A stretch of 64,000 nt of DNA from Mobula hypostoma (Eukaryota): assembly GCF_963921235.1 (NCBI RefSeq), contig NC_086097.1:4960001-5024000 (forward strand), read 5' to 3'. The position numbers and the translations under genes were made by a program. The notes under the pieces are model-generated. The model was given only the letters and a program-made list of their open reading frames with translations, was not told where the DNA came from and searched no databases. Shown piece after piece: positions 1-10,399 of the stretch; within the stretch, counting starts at the first letter, position 1, and each line of letters begins with the position of its first letter.

Positions 1-150
1 TTTGGACTGTGAGAGGAAACCGGATTACCCAGAGGAAACCCACGTGGTCACAGGGAGAACGTACAGACACTTTACAGGCAGCAGCGGGAATTGAACCCAT
101 GTCATTGCTACTGTAAAGCAGCATGCTAACCACTAAGCTTCTGTGCTGCC
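1..150 (-). mobile_element. tRNA-derived SINE (HE1/V-SINE-like), 5' part
   Basis: Minus strand reads gggcagcac...TAGTGGTTAG (A-box-like)...GGGTTCAATTCCC (B box), then the gtgggtttcctc...ggtttcctc body. Same family recurs at 8905, 46299, 50497 and 59365. Confidence 0.75.
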
Positions 151-169
151 CCAATATTGTAACAGTAAT

Positions 170-750
170 TTAGTTAAAGAGCATTTTGAATACAGATGAT
201 GAAGTTCAAAGTGCTTTACAATGGGATAAAGTGCAAACATAAAAATAAAAGACAAAACAATGTTAGTTAAAAGTAATGTTATAGAAATAGGTTTTGAACT
301 GGTGTTTAAAAGTCTCAACTGAGTCTACATTCTTTATAGTTTTAGATATTGAATTTCACAGTTTTGGAACGTAGTTCAAAAAAGCTGACCTGCCAATTAC
401 CTTTTGAGGGAGATTGTTTAAATTTACGAGACCGGCAGAAGAAGACTTGAGAGCTCGAGCAGGATTATAAAGCAAAAGTGATCCTGCAAAGTTCTCTGGT
501 CCCAGACCACTGAGAGCTTTAAAAACAAGTCAGACAACTATAAATATGTTACATTTTCTACAGTGCTCATTAGTCAGGTTTCCCTAGGATAAAGTTAAAT
601 GATTGCAACGCTAGAGATTGGTGAAGACACTGCAAAGGCGATATGGTTTACTCAAGTGAGAAATTCTTGCTGATATAAGTATTGATTCAATCTAAGGTTC
701 ATTACAAGTAGATTCCTACACTGTTTATTTTAAGCTCCAGCATCCCTGAC
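170..750 (-). mobile_element. Degenerate LINE 3' end, probably L2
   Basis: Minus strand ends in gtaaagcactttgaac, an L2-like 3' terminus, preceded by decayed coding-like sequence. Recognised by eye only. Confidence 0.45.
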
Positions 751-819
751 AGTATTGGACTATTTTCTAGTTTCGTTTATCAAAAGGGAGCACTTGTTTA
801 TTGTACAGCTACATGGGGT

Positions 820-1223
820 GTTGTCACAGGGAAGCAGCATCCATCATCAAGGACCCCCACCATCCTGGCCATACTCTCTTCTGGCTGCTGCCTTCGGGAA
901 GAATGTACAGGAGACTCAGAACTCACCTCACCGGGTTCAGGAACAGTTATTACACCTCAACCATCTAACTCTCGAATCAAAGGGGATAACTTCACTCAAC
1001 ATCACTGGCCCCAACACTAAACTGTTCCTTCAGCCTATGGGCTCACCTTCAAAGATGCTTCATCTCATGTTCTCCATATTTATTGCTTATTTATTTATTT
1101 ATTGTTGTTATTTATTTATTGCTATATTTTGCAGTTTGTTGTCTTTTGCACCACTGGTTGAATGTCCAGAGGGTGGACATTCTATTACAGATTTATTGAG
1201 CATGCCTGCAAGAAAACTAATCT
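820..1223 (+). mobile_element. Rex1/Babar LINE 3' end; split by the Gypsy insertion and resuming at ~7499-7557
   Basis: Encodes AASIIKDPHHPGH.LF..LPSG-type C-terminus. The UTR ...gcaagaaaactaatct resumes after 7498 as ...atatggtga...ataatacatttactttg, collinear with the related UTR at 15250-15330 (minus). Confidence 0.7.
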
Positions 1224-1307
1224 TCTTGTGTCCGTGCACCATTACATATCAAGTAAGTAAAAGCAAGCACAGGGGACGTGGCTTTAACTCTGTATTCATA
1301 TTGCAGT

Positions 1308-1355
<48 letters not shown>

Positions 1356-1439
1356 AATGTGCATGTGTAGACAACAGATCATACATATTGTTGGGGGGTT
1401 GTGCTGCTTGCTGGAAAAGAAATAGATCCATATGTCACC
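1224..1439 (-). repeat. Gypsy 3' LTR containing an expanded (GA)n
   Basis: Collinear with 7321-7498 (ttgtgtc.gtg...attgcag...gaacaat.tgcatg.gt.gacaacagatca...aaaagaaa.agatccata). Confidence 0.8.
1312..1353. repeat. (GA)n microsatellite, ~21 units
   Basis: Direct reading. Confidence 0.95.
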
Positions 1440-1453
1440 CTTCCTCCCCCTTT
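1440..1453 (-). other. Polypurine tract of the Gypsy element
   Basis: AAAGGGGGAGGAAG on the minus strand, immediately before the 3' LTR. Confidence 0.8.
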
Positions 1454-1600
1454 AGGTTATAAAACTGTGTATGCACTTTTTCCCATAGATGCTGCATGGC
1501 TTGCTGAGTTCCTCCAGCGTTTTGTGTGTGTACAAAACATTCAATTTCCCTTTCATAAACTCGTATTCCAAATAAACATATTCTCACAATAACAGCACAA

Positions 1601-3853
1601 CATCGACCCCTGCGGAACACCACTAGTCACTGGCAGCCAACCAGTACAGGATCCTTTTATTCCCACTTGCTGCCTCCTTCCAATCAGCCAATGCTCTAAC
1701 CATGTTAGTAACTTTCCTGTAATACCACGGTATCTTAACTTTGAAAGCAGCCTCGTGTGTGGCACCTTGTCAAAGGTCTTCTGAAAGTCCAAATATACAA
1801 CATCCACTGCATCTCCTTTATCTATCCTACTTGTAATCTCCTCAAAGAATTCCAACAGGTTCGTCAGGCAGGATTTTCCCTGAAGGAAAACATGCTGACT
1901 TTGTACTATCTTGTCCTGTGTCACCAATTATTCCATCACCTCATCCTTAACAATTGGCTCTAACATCTTTCTAACAACTGAGGTCAGGCTAACTTATCTA
2001 TAATTTCGTTTCTGCTGCCTTCCTCCTTTCCTAAAGAGTGGAGTAACATTTGCAATTTTCCAGTCCTCTGGCACCATGCCAGAGTCCAATGATTTCTGAA
2101 AGATAATTTCCAATGCCACCACAATCTTGAACACTACCTCTTTCAGAACCCGAGGGTGCAGTTCATCTGGTCTGCGTGACTTATGTACCTTTAGGTCTTT
2201 CAGCTTTTTGTGCACCTTCTCCCTTGTAATAGTAACTGCAACTACCTCTCTTTCTTCACACACTACAATATCAGGCATAATGCTAATGTCTTCCATAGTG
2301 AAGACTGATGCAAAATACTCATTTAGTTCATCAACCATCTCCTTGTCCCCCGTTATTATTTCTCCTGCCTGATTTTCTAGCGGTCCTATATTCAATCTCA
2401 TTTCTCTTTTTATCTTTAACATACTTGAAAAAACTTCTACTATCCACTTTGATATTATTTGCTTGCTTGCTTTCCTATTTCATCTTTTCCCTTCTAATGA
2501 TTTTTTTAGTTGCTCTTTGCTTTGTTGTATGGCCTTTCTTTTGCTTTTTCAATAGCTTTGACTTCCCTTGTCAGCCATGATTGTACTATTTTACCATTTG
2601 AGTATTTCTTCATTTTTGGAATACACATGTCCTGCATCTTCCTCATTTTTCCCAGAAACTCACGCCATTGTTGCTCTGCTGACATCCCTGCCAGCATCTC
2701 CTTCCAATTTACTTTGGCCAACTCCTCTCTCATATCACTGTAATTTCCCTTACTCCACTGAAAAACTGCTATATCAGACTTTACTTTCTCCCTATTAAGT
2801 TTCAAGTTGAACACAATCATAATGTGATCACTGGTTCCTAATGGTTCTTTTACCTTAAACTCCCTAATCGCCTCTAGTTCAATCCAGTATAGCTGATCCT
2901 CTAGTAGGCTCAATGACGAACTGTTCTAAAAAGCTCTCTCTTAGGCATTCAACATACTCACTCTCTTTAGATCCATTACTAACCCGATTTTCCCGATTGA
3001 CCTGCATATTAAAATCTCCCAAGACTACCATAACATTACCCTTTTGACTCGCCTTTTCTATTTCCTGTTGTAACCTGTGGTCTACCTCCCAGCCACTGTG
3101 GGGAGGCCTGTACTTAACTGCCATCAACATCCTTTTACCCTTGCAGTTTCTTAACTCAGCCCAGAAGGATTCAACATCTTCTGATCCTACATCACATCTT
3201 TTTCCTGATTTGATGTCAATCTTTACCAGTACAGCCACACTACTCCCTCTGCCTATATTCCTATCCCTCTGACACAACTTGTAACCTTGGACATTCAGCT
3301 CCCAACTACAGCCATCCTTAAGCCACGATTCAGTGATGGCCACAACATCATACCTGGCAATCTGTAATATTGCAACAAGAACATCCACCTTATTTCTTAT
3401 ACTACGCGCATTTAGATACAACACCTTGAGTATTTGCTATCTTTTTTGATTCTGCATCCCTAATGATTGTGATCACTGTTGGCTGTAACAAAATCCCATC
3501 ACCTGTCTGCCCTTCCTGACAGTCTGACTGATTGCTGTCTTTACTGTTTTACCATCTATCCTATCCTAAATCCCTTCACTCTGGTTCCGAGTCCCCTACC
3601 AGATTAGTTTAAACCCTCCCTAACAGCTATAACAAACTTGTCCACGAGAATATTGGTTCCCCTCGGGTTCAGGTGCAACCTGTCACTTTTGAACAGGTCA
3701 ACCTCCCCCAGAAAAGATCCCAATTATCCAAGAACCTGAAGCCCTGCCCCCTGCACCAGCTTCTCAGCCACACATTTATCTGCCAAATCATCCTGTTTCT
3801 ACCCTCACTGGTGCGTGGCATAGACAGCAATACAAAAATTACTACCCTGGAGT
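1601..3853 (-). mobile_element. CR1 LINE internal fragment (ORF1 C-terminus, APE endonuclease, RT N-half)
   Basis: ORFs 3905-3669 (esterase-like ORF1 end), 3424-2879 (YLNARSIRNK..ITESWL..GDFN) and 1927-1553 (YLDFQK.FDKVPH..SGVPQGS), with stops and frameshifts. Confidence 0.92.
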
Positions 3854-3899
3854 AGTTGTCAAATGATAAAGTTGTCATTGCACCTCTGGACCTGTGGAA

Positions 3900-6525
3900 T
3901 AACATTAGGTTTGGTAGGTGTCTTGTCTAAGACAATGTTCTCGGTTTCCGGTGTCATGTTGCTATTCAGTGACATCATCACTGAAAGGTAAGTCTGGTGA
4001 CTGTAATATGTTCTTCTTCTTGGATACAGTTGACTCAGATGTGTTCTTTGGGTGAGCGTCCAGTATCTGGTTCACGTGGCATCTCCATGTCTGATCTCCA
4101 ACATCCACTGTGTACATCAGTGGTCCAGTTCTTGTTGCTACCCTACCGGGTGTCCACTTGATTTCTTGGTAATCATGTGCTTGGACATCTAGTCCAATCT
4201 TGAAGTTCTTTGCTGCTTCACTTGGCAACTGCACTCCCTCCGTAGATCTGGTTTCAGAAGGTCTATGCATGATCTCAGATTCCTGTTCATGAACAGCATT
4301 GTAGGTGTTTGATTTATTGTTGTATGAACAGAGTTCTGATACACAGAAAGGAAGTTGTCCACCTTGTGCTGTAGAGAAATGTTGACCGTGTGCATAAATT
4401 TAATGGACTTCTTGAAGGTTTGGATAAACCTTTCAGCTAGCCCATTCATTGCTGGGTGGTGAGGAGTGGACTTGAAATATCTGATGCCATTTTTCTTCAT
4501 GAACAGTCAGAATTCTTCTGATGTGTATTGTGGTCTGTTGTCACTCATAATTTGTTCTGGTAAGCAATTTCTGGTGAAGATAGTCCTCAGAGCAGAGATA
4601 GTCTTTGCTACAGTGATTAATTTCATTGGTATAACCTCTGGCCACTTCGAATGAATTCATTGGTATAACCTCTGGCCACAGCAATCAGAATCATGGAGTC
4701 TGTGAATTGCCCAGTAAAGTCAATATGTACTCTTTACCATAGTGAAGATGGCCATTCCCATGGGTGTAATGGTGCCTTTGGGGGTGCATTTTGAACATTC
4801 TGGTATCCCAAATAGCTTTTGCCCAAGTCTTCAATTTGTTTAACTATTCCTGGCCACTGCTCATAACTGTAGGTGAGACTTTTCATCTTGAATGTACCCA
4901 GGTTCCCTTCAAGCAGATTTTCTAGCACTCTGCTGTGCAGTTTCGAGGGAACCACAGCACAAGATCCACAAGCAGCATTCTTTAACATACTGACAGTTGG
5001 TTATCATGAGCTGGCCATCTTTGCATGGCGGTTTCATAGACTTTTGACAATGTCAGGTCATTCTTTGTTTCATTTTGTATTTTGAAATTCATTATCAGCA
5101 ACTGGTCCACCAAAGCAGTGTGGAACATTTCTGCTGCGTCACAGTAGACTTTTCTTCTTCAGTTGCCATGAGAAGCTATCAGCATTGCTTTGTTATTTGA
5201 TACCCTTGAACTCTATGTCATAAGAGTGGGCTTCTAGAAATAGTGACCAACATTGTAACCGGGTAGCAGGCATCACTGGAATTCCCTTCCAGGGATTGAA
5301 AATGGACTGAAGGTGCAAGTGATCTGTCGCTAGTGTAAACTTTTGTCCATAGAGGTAGTGGTGGAACTTATTTAATCCCCATATTAGACTAAGAGCCTCT
5401 TGGTAGATCTGTACGTAGTTGCGTTCTGCGCTCATCAGTGAGCTTGAACCAAACACAACTGGGCGTTTAGATCATCTTTATAATGTGCAAGAAAACTGCT
5501 CCAGTGACCTAAGGAGATGCATCGCACACCAGTCTGATGGGCAGAGGTGGGTCATAATGGGTGAGCAGTTCATCAGATGTTATTAGACTCTGTTTCCTTG
5601 AATGCTTTTTTACATCTTTTTGACCATTCCCACTTTGCTCCTGTCTGTAACAGTGCATTCAATGGATGCAACATTCTAGCAATGTTTGGGAGAGACCAGT
5701 GGTACTAGTTTACAAGGCTCAAGTATGACCTGAGTTGTGACACACTTTCCAGTTTGGGTGCCTGTAGTACTGCTTCAGTCTTCTCTTGTGACTTATGTAA
5801 GCCCTGCTTGTCAATGACAAGTCCAATATTTGAAATTTCATTCTTGAAAGACTCACATTTCTCTCTCTTTGTGCACAGACCATAGTCACTGAGACTGGTA
5901 AGTAATTTACCAAAGTTCTGGAGGTGCCCTTCATCATGTTGCCAGTCACGATGATGTCGTCAAGGTAACATTGTGTTCCTGAGATATCTTGGGGCACTTG
6001 GTCCAATGCTCTTTGCCAAATTGCTGGAGCTGTTATGACACCAAAGATGAGACGATTATACTGGAACAGTCCCTTGTGAGTGTTGATTATGAGGAACTTC
6101 CTGCTTGACTCCTCAATCTCTGTTTGCAGATAGGCTTGTGACAGGTCAATCTTTGAAAATCTCTCCCCATCTGCCAAAGATGCAAAAATGTCTTCTATTT
6201 GTGGCAGGCGATACTGCACAGTACATAGCACCGGGTTGATGCTCACCTTGAAATCCCCAAATATGCACACAGCTCTAGCCTTCCCCTCCTTGATCACTGG
6301 GACAATGAGCAAGGCCCTAACGCTCCACTCAACCTTGGAGAGAATTCCAGACACCTCCAAGTTCTGCATTTCAGCATCTACTTTAGGAGGTAGTGCGTAA
6401 GGCACTGGACACACTATATGGAATCTTGATGTTGCTGCTTCATCCTGTTCATTTCTGGCCCTCACGACTTTGAGTTTACCAATCCCCTTCTCAAACACCT
6501 TATTAGCATTAAGCAGCTGTGACAC
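3900..6525 (-). pseudogene. pol: Gypsy pol remnant (RT, RNase H, integrase); protease region apparently deleted
   Basis: RT motifs KIDLSQAYLQ, GLFQYNRL.FG, YLDDII (6525-5719); RNase H ERNY.Q..EAL..TDH (5456-5193); integrase PLHPWEWP and HP.MNGLAERFIQTFK (4988-4189). Confidence 0.9.
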
Positions 6526-6529
6526 ATTT

Positions 6530-7139
6530 GGATCATGAGAGGATTTGTCACATCAATAACATGTTTGGCTTTTTGCACCATTCAGGGACATTTGTACATT
6601 TCACTTTCTAACCTCCTTTTCTGTAGCTCTGCCGCATCCTTTGCTGCAGTCTCTAACAATATTTCTTTGGTCAATGTCTGTTCTGAGGCTAGGTCTCTTT
6701 CAGACAGTAGCCTTTTCTGACTTGACTATGCATGTCACATACAAGCCTGTCCCCTAATGCATAAGAAAGTCCATCTTCAAAATCACAGTACTGGGAAAAT
6801 TTGTGCAGTTCAGCAGTGTATTCAGAAATGCTTTCATCCTTTGACTGGTTCCTTTTGTAAAATCTAAGTCTCTCAGCTATTGCCAATGGTTTAGGGCTCA
6901 AGTGATTTTGTAGAAGTGTAACAATTTCATTGAACGTCTTGCTTGCTGGCTTTGCAGGGGTTACTAAGATGCACAAGAGATTTATGTTCTTGGGCCATTA
7001 GGCTAAGAATTGTAGGGGCTTTCTTTTGTTCCTCCATATTGTTTGCGTTACAATACAGATCCTCCCTCTTGATATATGACTCCCATCCTTCATTAGTGTT
7101 ATTAAATTTATCAGCTTTCCCATCTGAAGCCATTGGCAC
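6530..7139 (-). pseudogene. gag: Gypsy gag remnant
   Basis: WESYI.R..Y..AN and L..HLSPKPL.IAER.RF.KR.Q..ESISEY.AEL......C.F...L...L.DRLVC, typical of Gypsy Gag; frameshifted. Confidence 0.85.
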
Positions 7140-7305
7140 ATTATTTTCACTTTAAATTCAGCGCACCTTTCACTGTGTACAATGCTTCAGTTACAGATGC
7201 CTCCCTTTGTTAACATCTTCGTATTGTTTCAATCTCATTGTTTTGACTGGTGATCATGCCGTTACTGTTGGAGCAGTTCGTGATGTCTCCTGACACTCAG
7301 GTTTG

Positions 7306-7317
7306 TTCTCGTCACCA
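7306..7317 (-). other. Primer-binding site, probably tRNA-Ser
   Basis: TGGTGACGAGAA, 3 nt inside the 5' LTR; a decayed match to TGGCGACGAGGA, the complement of the tRNA-Ser(GCT) 3' end. Confidence 0.65.
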
Positions 7318-7320
7318 ATT

Positions 7321-7498
7321 TGTTGTGTCTGTGTCATATTAAATAAACCATACACTTGGGAGATGGCTCTAACTGGTGTATACACATTGCAGCGAGAGAG
7401 AATGAACAATATGCATGCGTGGACAACAGATCAATATACAGTGCTAAGGTGGTGGGGGGGTGGTCATTGCTCTAAAAGAAACAGATCCATACATTACA
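7321..7498 (-). repeat. Gypsy 5' LTR
   Basis: TG...CA termini (tgttgtg...cattaca), adjacent PBS, homologous to 1224-1439. Confidence 0.85.
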
Positions 7499-7557
7499 AT
7501 TGAAACAGTTGTACATATATGGTGAAGTTTTATAATACATTTACTTTGTGCTTTGAG

Positions 7558-8335
7558 GTTTAGAGCCTGATGGTTGAGGGGTAATAACTGTTCCTAGGCG
7601 TGTTTGTGTAAGTCCTGAGGCTCCTGTACCTTCTTCCTGATGGCAGCAGCAAAAAGACAGCATGAGCTGGGTGGTTGGGGTTCCTGATGATGGATGCTGC
7701 TTTCCTGTGCCATGTTGATGTGCTCAGTGGTGGACTGGACCTTATCCACTACTTTTTGTTGGATTTTGCATTTTATGGCATTGGTGTTCCATACCAGGCT
7801 GTGATACAGCCAGATGATATACTCTCCACTATACATCGATAGAGATGTATCCGAAGTTTTAGGTGTCACGTCGAATCTTTGAAAACTTCTAAGGTAGTAG
7901 AGGTACAGCTGTGCTTTCTTCAAAATAGCATTTATGTGCTGGGCCCAGAACAGATGCTCTGAAGAGATAACACCGTGGAAAGTTAAGCTGTTGACCCTCT
8001 CTAAGTCTGATCCACGGATGAGGACTAGCTCATGGACATCTGATTTCCGCCTTCTGAATTACTCCATGTTTTGACGGTCAAAAATGAGCATAGAAGACAT
8101 TTGAGCTCATCTGGGAGCGAAGCGTAACTGTCACCTCTGTCACTGGATTTCAGTTTGTTAGATGTGATAGCACTCCAACCCATGCAACAGCTGTTGAGTA
8201 TCCTTCAGTAATCCAAATTTAGTTCAGAACTGCCACTTTGCCATTGAGATGGCTTTCCGGTGATTGTATCTGCATCTCTTGTATCTTACTTGGTCACCAG
8301 ACCTGAATACCTTTGATCTGGATCTCAGCAGAATC
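7558..8335 (-). mobile_element. Rex1/Babar LINE fragment, internally deleted
   Basis: ORF 7923-7594 KKAQ..LYYLR...F; 8100-8250 resembles Rex1 at 14970-15030. Confidence 0.7.
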
Positions 8336-8337
8336 CA

Positions 8338-9255
8338 GAGCTTTGGTGAGAACCTGAGCTCTAGCCGAAAAAAGCAGAATTACCCGGTGGCCAAATATTT
8401 TAATTCCTATCCCCACTCCTGTTCTGCCATGTCAGTCCATCAGTCCATAGCCTCCTCTTCTGCCATAATGAAGCCACTCTCAGGATGGAGGAGCAACACC
8501 TCATATTCCAAATAGGGAGTGTCCAACCTGTCAGCATGAATATTGATTTCTCTGACTTCTGGTCATTTTTCCCCTCCCCCTTCACTCTTCTTCAGTTTTC
8601 CATTCTGGTCTCTTATGTCTTCCCCTCAGCTGCTTATCATCTCTCGCTAGTGCCTCCCTCTTTCCCCTTCTCCAATGGTCCACTCTCTTCTCCTATTAAA
8701 TTCCTTCTTCTACAGCCTTTTACCTCTTCCACCTCTCACCTCCCAATTCCTCAATCCATCCTCCTTCTTCACCCACCTGGCTTCACTTTCCAGTTTGTCT
8801 TCCTTCCTCTTCCCCATCTTCCTATTCTGGTATCTTCCCCCTTACTTTCCAGTCCTATTGAAGGGTCTCACTCCTAAATGTCAACTCTTTATTCCTTTAA
8901 TTTTGATTTTATTTTAACTTATTGAGATGCAGTGTGGAATAGGCCCTTCTGGCCCTCCCTTCGAGCCACACCACACAGCAATTCCCTGATTTAATCTGAG
9001 CCTAGTCATGGGACAATTTACAAGACCAATTAACCTACTAATTGATCCGTCTTTAGATTGTGAGAGGAAACCAGAGCACCTGGAGGAAACTCATTTGGTC
9101 ATGGGAAGAACGTACAAGCTCCTTACAGAAAGTGGCAGGAATTGAATCTGGGTGGCTTACACTGTAAAACATTGTGCAAACCACTTTACTACCATGCTGC
9201 TTTCTATAGATGCTGCCTGACCTGCTGAGTTCTTCCAGCATTTTGTGTGTGTTAT
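8338..9255 (+). mobile_element. Old Penelope-like element 3' end, interrupted by a SINE
   Basis: GIY-YIG C-terminus (PVAKYFNS.PHS..MSVH; EEQHLIF.IGS.QP..MNIDFS), pyrimidine-rich UTR, decayed hammerhead ~8850-8887; the tail resumes at ~9201. Confidence 0.8.
8905..9200 (-). mobile_element. tRNA-derived SINE
   Basis: Same body as 1-150, plus a CR1-like 3' tail (gaagggcctattcc). Confidence 0.75.
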
Positions 9256-9996
9256 ACAAAGGTTTCCTTCCTTCAGAGGAAAGCAGCAACTGTAATATTT
9301 CATGGAAGATTTGATTATCTTTGGTAATCCTTGTATCCAATAAACAATGGCAATACAAATTTGATGATGGGGAACATATCAGTGACAAGATGTCATTCAT
9401 TTTTATAATTTATTAGATCAGTGTCACTATTTGTTCTGTCAGTCATTTTTAAAATGTAGATTAATCAAGCCACAAGGAGCAGAGACACATCTGTGCCCAG
9501 GACGGAGGGAACTGTCACATTAGCATGATAAATCTGCAGCCCAGCCTGCTCCTAAATATACAATTTTTTATTAAAATTTTCAACACTGTTGTCATGCTTC
9601 AAGCGATGAATGTGACAAATAGGGAAAAGCAGAACATAATTATAATCTGTGCATGATAAAAACATATTATTCTCTTTTAAATTCACATCCTCTATTATTT
9701 TACTTAATGGCTTTATGCTCCAGGGTGCCATCCTTTCAGATTTCTGGGGTTTCCCAGCTTCTTCACTCAACCTGCAGAACTTGGAATGCTTTTAGCACAG
9801 AGCACAGAAACTTGAACAGATACTTCGGCATCATCAAGCTGTACCTAGGCTCCCGACTTCTATTAAAATCTTTTAAACATTATAATGCACATCACTATGC
9901 CAGTATATTCAGATAATCTGCTCTCAAAATGATGGATCAAATCAACCACTGCCTTTAAAGCAATAAGACTATACAAATTCCTGATCAAAATGTTCC

Positions 9997-10399
9997 ACAC
10001 AGCCTTTGTCAAAGCTGAAAACCAACCACAGTCACAGCTCAGATCTCCAGCAGACTTGCTGGCCGTGGCGTGTGACTAGCAACCGGAACTTGATCTTGGC
10101 AAGCAATTAAAGTTCCTTGACTTCATCACATCATCATCCCTGAGGCATGACATGGTCACTCAATTCGAAACCTCGAAGCAGGTGGTCATGATAGAACTGA
10201 TGGTGCCTTGGAAAGACCGGATGAAGGATCCGTTTGAGTGTAAGAAACTCAAATCCCAGGAGCTAGTCGAGCAGTGCCAGAAACGGGATGTGAGCCTGTA
10301 GAGGTGGGGTGTGGCGGTTTGACTGGCTGCTCGCTGTGCAGAACCTACTCTCTCTTTGGCATTATGGGGGCTGCAAAGAAAACAGCCATCAGGATCATC
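9997..10399 (+). mobile_element. HERO-clade non-LTR retrotransposon, restriction-like endonuclease region (part 1)
   Basis: Manual translation: AFVKAENQP..DLGKQLKF...LRHDMV...SKQVVMIELMVPWKDR...K.K.QELVEQC../CEPVEVGCGG...; decayed PD-(D/E)xK-type RLE motif. Confidence 0.8.

Larger units (their letters stand above)
1224..7498 (-). mobile_element. Degenerate two-LTR Ty3/Gypsy retrotransposon
   Basis: Two related LTRs, PBS, PPT, and gag-RT-RNaseH-integrase remnants in Gypsy order. Interrupted by a CR1 fragment at 1601-3853. Confidence 0.9.

Noticed and set aside
4619..4679. Short tandem duplications in dead elements (also 58285-58326)
   Set aside because: Ordinary slippage in pseudogenic sequence.
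9700..9860. Possible coding exon
   Set aside because: No recognisable protein in the frames I read, and the splice signals are unconvincing.
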